A stretch of DNA of 64,000 nt. Origin: the human T2T-CHM13v2.0 reference genome, Homo sapiens. Below, one piece after another: positions 56,601-64,000 of this stretch (the first letter of the stretch is position 1; each line of letters starts with the position of its first letter). The stretch lies in the NCBI RefSeq assembly GCF_009914755.1, contig NC_060939.1, one strand, 5' to 3'. Under the pieces are notes generated by a model, which saw nothing but the letters and a program-made list of their open reading frames with translations, had not been told where the DNA came from and did not search any database. Made by a program: the position numbers and the translations under genes.

Positions 56601-59600
56601 GCATTCCATTCCATTGGATTGCATTCCATTCGATTCCATTCCATTCGAATCAATTACATAGCAATCCATTACATTCCAGTCTATTCTCTTCCGTTCCATT
56701 CGATTTCGTTCCAATCCATTCGATTCCATTCCATTCGATTCCATTCCATACTATTGCATTCCATTCGATTACATTATATTCGAATAAGTTCCATTCAAGA
56801 CCATTTCTTTTGAGTCCATTCTATTTGAGTCCATTCCCTTTGATTCCATAACATTTGAGTCCATTCAATTCCATTCCTTTCGTTTCCATTCCATTTGATG
56901 CCATTCCATTCAATTCTGTTCTACTCGACTCCAATACATTCAATTCCATTCCATCCGATTCCATTACATTCTTTTCATTTCTTATCCATTTCAAGCCATT
57001 CCACTCCATTCCATTCCACTCGTTTCCTTTCCATTCGAGTCCATTCCTCTCCAGTCCATTCCGTTCAATCCATTCCATTCCAGTCCATTCCATTCGAGTC
57101 CGTTCCATTCCAGTCCATTCCATTCGAGTCAATTCCATTCCATTCGATGTCTTTCCATAACGATCCATTCCATTCTATTCCTTTCGATTCCATTCCATTC
57201 TATTTCATTCCATTCGATTCCCTTCCATTGGACTCCTTTCCATTCGAGTGCATTCCATTCCGTTCCATTTCTTTCCGTTCTGTACGATTCCTACCGTTCG
57301 ATTTCATTTTGTTCCAGTCCATTCCTTTCGCGTCCATTCCATTCCATTTCACTCCATTCGATTCCATTCCACTCGATTCCACTTTGTTCCATTTCATTGC
57401 ATTCCATTCTATTCAACTCTATTGCCTTCCATTCCATTCCATTCGATTACATTCCATGCGATTCCATTCGAAATCGAATCAATTACATTGCAATCCATTA
57501 CTATTGAGTCCGTTTTATTCCAGTCCACTGCATTCTGGTCCATTCCATTTGATTCCATTCCATTCTATTCCATTCCATACAGTTGCATTCCATTGGATTC
57601 CATTCTATATCTATAAATTCAATTCGAGACCATTGCTTTTGAGTCCATTCTATATGATTCCATTCCATTCAAGTCCATTACATTTGGTTCAATTCCATTC
57701 CATTCCATTCCCTTCCATTCCATTCCAGTTGATATCAATCCATTCGATTCCATTCCATTCGAGCACATTCCATTCGAGTCCATTCCATTCGATGCCATTC
57801 CATTTGATTCTATTCCATTAGTCTCCATTCAATTCCATTAATCTCCATTCCATTCCATTCTACTCCAACTGATTCCATTCCATTCCATTCCTTTCCATTC
57901 CATTTCATTCCATTCCATTCCATTTCATTCCATTCCATTCCATTCGTGTCCATTCCACTCCAGTCCATTCCATTCGTGTCCATTCCATTCCAGTCCATTC
58001 CATTTGTGTCCACTGCATTCCATTCCACTCCATTCCATATTATTCCATTACACTCCATTCCATTCTATTACTTTCATTTCCATTCAATTCCATTCCATTT
58101 GATTCCATTCCACTCGGTTTCATTCCATTTGAGTCCACTCCATTCCATTCCATTCCATTCCATTCAGTTCCATTCCATTCTGTTCCATTCCATTCCGTTC
58201 CATTACATTCCATTCCATTCGGTACCATTCCATATTGTTCCATTCGATTCCATTCGAATCCATTCCATTCCAGTCCATTCCATTCGATTCCATTCCATTC
58301 ATTTCAATTCCATTCCATTCCATTCCATTACATTCCACTTGATTCCTCTCCATTCCCTTCCACTGCATTCCGTTCGATTCCATTCCATTGCATTGCATTC
58401 CATTCCATTGGATTGCATTCCATTCGATTCCATTCCATTCGAATCAATTACATAGCAATCCATTACATTCAAGTCTATTCTATTCCGTTCCATTCGATTT
58501 CGTTCCAATCCATTCGATTCCATTCCATTCGATTCCATTCCATACTATTGCATTCCATTCGATTACATTATATTCGAATAAGTTCCATTCAAGACCATTT
58601 CTTTTGAGTCCATTCTATTTGAGTCCATTCCCTTTGATTCCATAACATTTGAGTCCATTCAATTCCATTCCTTTTGTTTCCATTCCATTTGATGCCATTC
58701 CATTCAATTCTGTTCTACTCGACTCCAATACATTCAATTCCATTCCATCCGATTCCATTACATTCTTTTCATTTCTTATCCATTTCAAGCCATTCCACTC
58801 CATTCCATTCCACTCGTTTCCTTTCCATTCGAGTCCATTCCTCTCCAGTCCATTCCGTTCAATCCATTCCATTCCAGTCCATTCCATTCGAGTCCGTTCC
58901 ATTCCAGTCCATTCCATTCGAGTCAATTCCATTCCATTCGATGTCTTTCCATAACGATCCATTCCATTCTATTCCTTTCGATTCCATTCCATTCTATTTC
59001 ATTCCATTCGATTCCCTTCCATTGGACTCCTTTCCATTCGAGTGCATTCCATTCCGTTCCATTTCTTTCCGTTCTGTACGATTCCTACCGTTCGATTTCA
59101 TTTTGTTCCAGTCCATTCCTTTCGCGTCCATTCCATTCCATTTCACTCCATTCGATTCCATTCCACTCGATTCCACTTCGTTCCATTTCATTGCATTCCA
59201 TTCTATTCAACTCTATTGCCTTCCATTCCATTCCATTCGATTACATTCCATGCGATTCCATTCGAAATCGAATCAATTACATTGCAATCCATTACTATTG
59301 AGTCCGTTTTATTCCAGTCCACTGCATTCTGGTCCATTCCATTTGATTCCATTCCATTCTATTCCATTCCATACAGTTGCATTCCATTGGATTCCATGCT
59401 ATATCTATAAATTCAATTCGAGACCATTGCTTTTGAGTCCATTCTATATGATTCCATTCCATTCAAGTCCATTACATTTGGTTCAATTCCATTCCATTCC
59501 ATTCCCTTCCATTCCATTCCAGTTGATATCAATCCCTTCGATTCCATTCCATTCGAGCACATTCCATTCGAGTCCATTCCATTCGATGCCATTCCATTTG

Positions 59601-62600
59601 ATTCTATTCCATTAGTCTCCATTCAATTCCATTAATCTCCATTCCATTCCATTCTACTCCAACTGATTCCATTCCATTCTATTCCTTTCCATTCCATTTC
59701 ATTCCATTCCATTCCATTTCATTCCATTCCATTCCATTCGTGTCCATTCCACTCCAGTCCATTCCATTCGTGTCCATTCCATTCCAGTCCATTCCATTTG
59801 TGTCCACTGCATTCCATTCCACTCCATTCCATATTATTCCATTACACTCCATTCCATTCTATTACTTTCATTTCCATTCAATTCCGTTCCATTTGATTCC
59901 ATTCCACTCGGTTTCATTCCATTTGAGTCCACTCCATTCCATTCCATTCCATTCCATTCAGTTCCATTCCATTCTGTTCCATTCCATTCCGTTCCATTGC
60001 ATTCCATTCCATTCGGTACCATTCCATATTGTTCCATTCGATTCCATTCGAATCCATTCCATTCCAGTCCATTCCATTCGATTCCATTCCATTCCTTTCA
60101 ATTCCATTCCATTCCATTCCATTCCACTTGATTCCACTCCATTCCCTTCCACTGCATTCCATTCGATTCCGTTCCATTGCATTGCATTCCATTCCATTGG
60201 ACTGCATTCCATTCGATTCCATTCCATTCGAATCAATTACATAGCAATCCATTACATTTGGGTCTATTCTATTCCGTTCCATTCGATTTCATTCCAATCC
60301 ATTCGATTCCATTCCATACTATTGCATTCCATTCTATTACATTATATTCGAATAAGTTCCATTCAAGACCATTTCTTTTGAGTCCATTCTATTTGAGTCC
60401 ATTCTATTTGAATCCATTCCCTTTGATTCCATAACGTTTGAGTCCATTCAATTCCATTCCTTTCGTTTCCATTCCATTTGATGTCATTCCATTCAATTCT
60501 GTTCTACTCGACTCCAATACATTCAATTCCATTCCATCCGATTCCATTACATTCTTTTCATATCTTATCGATATCAAGCCATTCCACTCCATTCCATTCC
60601 ACTCGTTTCCTTTCCATTCGAGTCCATTCCTCTCCAGTCCATTCCGTTCAATCCATTCCATTCCAGTCCATTCCATTCGAGTCCGTTCCATTCCAGTCCA
60701 TTCCATTCGAGTCAATTCCATTCCATTCGATGTCTTTCCATAACGATCAATTCCATTCTATTCCTTTCGATTCCATTCCATTCTATTTCATTCCATTCGA
60801 TTCCCTTCCATTGGAATCCTTTCCATTCGAGTGCATTCCATTCCGTTCCATTTCTTTCCGTTCTGTACGATTCCTACCGTTCGATTTCATTTTGTTCCAG
60901 TCCATTCCTTTCGCGTCCATTCCATTCCATTTCACTCCATTCGATTCCATTCCACTCGATTCCACTTCGTTCCATTTCATTGCATTCCATTCTATTCAAC
61001 TCTATTGCCTTCCATTCCATTCCATTCGATTACATTCCATGCGATTCCATTCGAAATCGAATCAATTACATTGCAATCCATTACAATTGAGTCCGTTTTA
61101 TTCCAGTCCACTGCATTCTGGTCCATTCCATTTGATTCCATTCCATTCTATTCCATTCCATACAGTTGCATTCCATTGGATTCCATGCTATATCTATAAA
61201 TTCAATTCGAGACCATTGCTTTTGAGTCCATTCTATATGATTCCATTCCATTCAAGTCCATTACATTTGGTTCAATTCCATTCCATTCCATTCCCTTCCA
61301 TTCCATTCCAGTTGATATCAATCCATTCGATTCCATTCCATTCGAGCACATTCCATTCGAGTCCATTCCATTCGATGCCATTCCATTTGATTCTATTCCA
61401 TTAGTCTCCATTCAATTCCATTAATCTCCATTCCATTCCATTCTACTCCAACTGATTCCATTCCATTCTATTCCTTTCCATTCCATTTCATTCCATTCCA
61501 TTCCATTTCATTCCATTCCATTCCATTCGTGTCCATTCCACTCCAGTCCATTCCATTCGTGTCCATTCCATTCCAGTCCATTCCATTTGTGTCCACTGCA
61601 TTCCATTCCACTCCATTCCATATTATTCCATTACACTCCATTCCATTCTATTACTTTCATTTCCATTCAATTCCATTCAGTTTGATTCCATTCCACTCGG
61701 TTTCATTCCATTTGAGTCCACTCCATTCCATTCCATTCCATTCCATTCCATTCCATTCAGTTCCATTCCATTCTGTTCCATTCCATTGCGTTCCATTACA
61801 TTCCATTCCATTCGGTACCATTCCATATTGTTCCATTCGATTCCATTCGAATCCATTCCATTCCAGTCCATTCCATTCGATTCCATTCCATTCATTTCAA
61901 TTCCATTCCATTCCATTCCATTACATTCCACTTGATTCCTCTCCATTCCCTTCCACTGCATTCCGTTCGATTCCATTCCATTGCATTGCATTCCATTCCA
62001 TTGGATTGCATTCCATTCGATTCCATTCCATTCGAATCAATTACATAGCAATCCATTACATTCGAGTCTATTCTATTCCGTTCCATTCGATTTCGTTCCA
62101 ATCCATTCGATTCCATTCCATTCGATTCCATTCCATACTATTGCATTCCATTCTATTACATTATATTCGAATAAGTTCCATTCAAGACCATTTCTTTTGA
62201 GTCCATTCTATTTGAGTCCATTCCCTTTGATTCCATAACATTTGAGTCCATTCAATTCCATTCCTTTCGTTCCCATTCCATTTGATGCCATTCCATTCAA
62301 TTCTGTTCTACTCGACTCCAATACATTCAATTCCATTCCATCCGATTCCATTACATTCTTTTCATTTCTTATCCATTTCAAGCCATTCCACTCCATTCCA
62401 TTCCACTCGTTTCCTTTCCATTCGAGTCCATTCCTCTCCAGTCCATTCCGTTCAATCCATTCCATTCCAGTCCATTCCATTCGAGTCCGTTCCATTCCAG
62501 TCCACTCCATTCGAGTCAATTCCAAACCATTCGGTGTCTTTCCATAACGATCCATTCCATTCTATTCCTTTCGATTCCATTCCATTCTATTTCATTCCAT

Positions 62601-64000
62601 TCGATTCCCTTCCATTGGACTCCTTTCCATTCGAGTGCATTCCATTCCGTTCCATTTCTTTCCGTTCTGTACGATTCCTACCGTTCGATTTCATTTTGTT
62701 CCTGTCCATTCCTTTCGCGTCCATTCCATTCCATTTCACTCCATTCGATTCCATTCCACTCGATTCCACTTCGTTCCATTTCATTGCATTCCATTCTATT
62801 CAACTCTATTGCCTTCCATTCCATTCCATTCGATTACATTCCATGCGATTCCATTCGAAATCGAATCAATTACATTGCAATCCATTACTATTGAGTCCGT
62901 TTTATTCCAGTCCACTGCATTCTGGTCCATTCCATTTGATTCCATTCCATTCTATTCCATTCCATACAGTTGCATTCCATTGGATTCCATGCTATATCTA
63001 TAAATTCAATTCGAGACCATTGCTTTTGAGTCCATTCTATATGATTCCATTCCATTCAAGTCCATTACATTTGGTTCAATTCCATTCCATTCCATTCCCT
63101 TCCGTTCCATTCCAGTTGATATCAATCCATTCGATTCCATTCCATTCGAGCACATTCCATTCGAGTCCATTCCATTCGATGCCATTCCATTTGATTCTAT
63201 TCCATTAGTCTCCATTCAATTCCATTAATCTCCATTCCATTCCATTCTACTCCAACTGATTCCATTCCATTCTATTCCTTTCCATTCCATTTCATTCCAT
63301 TCCATTCCATTTCATTCCATTCCATTCCATTCGTGTCCATTCCACTCCAGTCCATTCCATTCGTGTCCATTCCATTCCAGTCCATTCCATTTGTGTCCAC
63401 TGCATTCCATTCCACTCCATTCCATATTATTCCATTATACTCCATTCCATTCTATTACTTTCATTTCCATTCAATTCCATTCCATTTGATTCCATTCCAC
63501 TCGGTTTCATTCCATTTGAGTCCACTCCATTCCATTCCATTCCATTCCATTCCATTCAGTTCCATTCCATTCTGTTCCATTCCATTCCGTTCCATTACAT
63601 TCCATTCCATTCGGTACCATTCCATATTGTTCCATTCGATTCCATTCGAATCCATTCCATTCCAGTCCATTCCATTCGATTCCATTCCATTCATTTCAAT
63701 TCCACTCCATTCCATTCCATTACATTCCACTTGATTCCTCTCCATTCCCTTCCACTGCATTCCGTTCGATTCCATTCCATTGCATTGCATTCCATTCCAT
63801 TGGATTGCATTCCATTCGATTCCATTCCATTCGAATCAATTACATAGCAATCCATTACATTCGAGTCTATTCTATTCAGTTCCATTCGATTTCGTTCCAA
63901 TCCATTCGATTCCATTCCATTCGATTCTATTCCATACTATTGCATTCCATTCTATTACATTATATTCGAATAAGTTCCATTCAAGACCATTTTTTTGAGT

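Larger units (their letters stand above)
1..64000 (+). repeat. Human satellite III (HSat3) tandem array, CATTC strand on +, organised as ~1.8-kb units
   Basis: Continuous CATTC pentamers with variants (TTCGA, GTCCA, TTGCA, TTTGA) from the first base to the last. Long perfect CATTC runs favour HSat3 over HSat2. Landmarks such as TTCGGTACCA, TTGATATCAA and CGAATAAGTTCC recur every 1719-1804 bp. No inversion or foreign insertion seen. Confidence 0.98.
123..64000 (+). repeat. ~1.8-kb KpnI-defined unit, 35 complete copies plus 1 partial; probably the D15Z1-type HSat3 array of chr15p
   Basis: The unit anchor TTGAGTCCATTCA(A/G)TTCC falls at 123, 1927, 3686, 5490, 7249, 9028, 10792, 12566, 14340, 16144, 17903, 19707, 21466, 23270, 25029, 26833, 28592, 30351, 32140, 33899, 35693, 37462, 39181, 40950, 42669, 44473, 46232, 47991, 49780, 51539, 53297, 55076, 56855, 58649, 60438 and 62242. 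GGTACC occurs once per unit (1504, 3258, 5067, 6821...). D15Z1 is known as a 1.8-kb KpnI satellite III repeat. The locus assignment is an inference; the unit structure is seen directly. Confidence 0.75.

Noticed and set aside
1-64000. CRISPR array or prokaryotic repeat system
   Set aside because: There are no unique spacers between conserved repeats and no cas or other genes. The sequence is eukaryotic satellite DNA.
1-64000. HSat2 (also has a ~1.8-kb unit on chr1) or alpha satellite with CENP-B boxes
   Set aside because: It lacks the HSat2 CATTCGATGATGATTC-type motif and keeps long perfect CATTC runs. I saw no 171-bp monomers or CENP-B boxes.
1-64000. Embedded transposon, inversion or foreign insert
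   Set aside because: Unit anchors tile the window at 1719-1804 bp spacing, leaving no room for an insert, and the CATTC strand polarity never switches.

Overview
The whole 64-kb window is one uninterrupted, single-orientation tandem array of diverged (CATTC)n/(GGAAT)n pentamers: classical human satellite III (HSat3). The pentamers form about 36 copies of a ~1.8-kb unit (1719-1804 bp) with one KpnI site (GGTACC) and one EcoRV site per unit. That organisation fits the chromosome 15 short-arm D15Z1-type HSat3 array, which is an inference and needs an alignment to confirm. I saw no genes, RNA genes, transposons or unique sequence; all ORFs are by-products of the stop-poor pentamer. I did not find a new gene system. 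What is interesting is the nested architecture: 5-bp pentamer, an old internal duplication of ~0.83+0.98 kb, the 1.8-kb unit (lengths 5n-1 bp with one exception), a 3563-bp A/B dimer marked by EcoRI, and block duplications at offsets of 3488, ~7065, 14217 and 17640 bp. There is also one mappable unequal-crossover interval and a few locally divergent patches.
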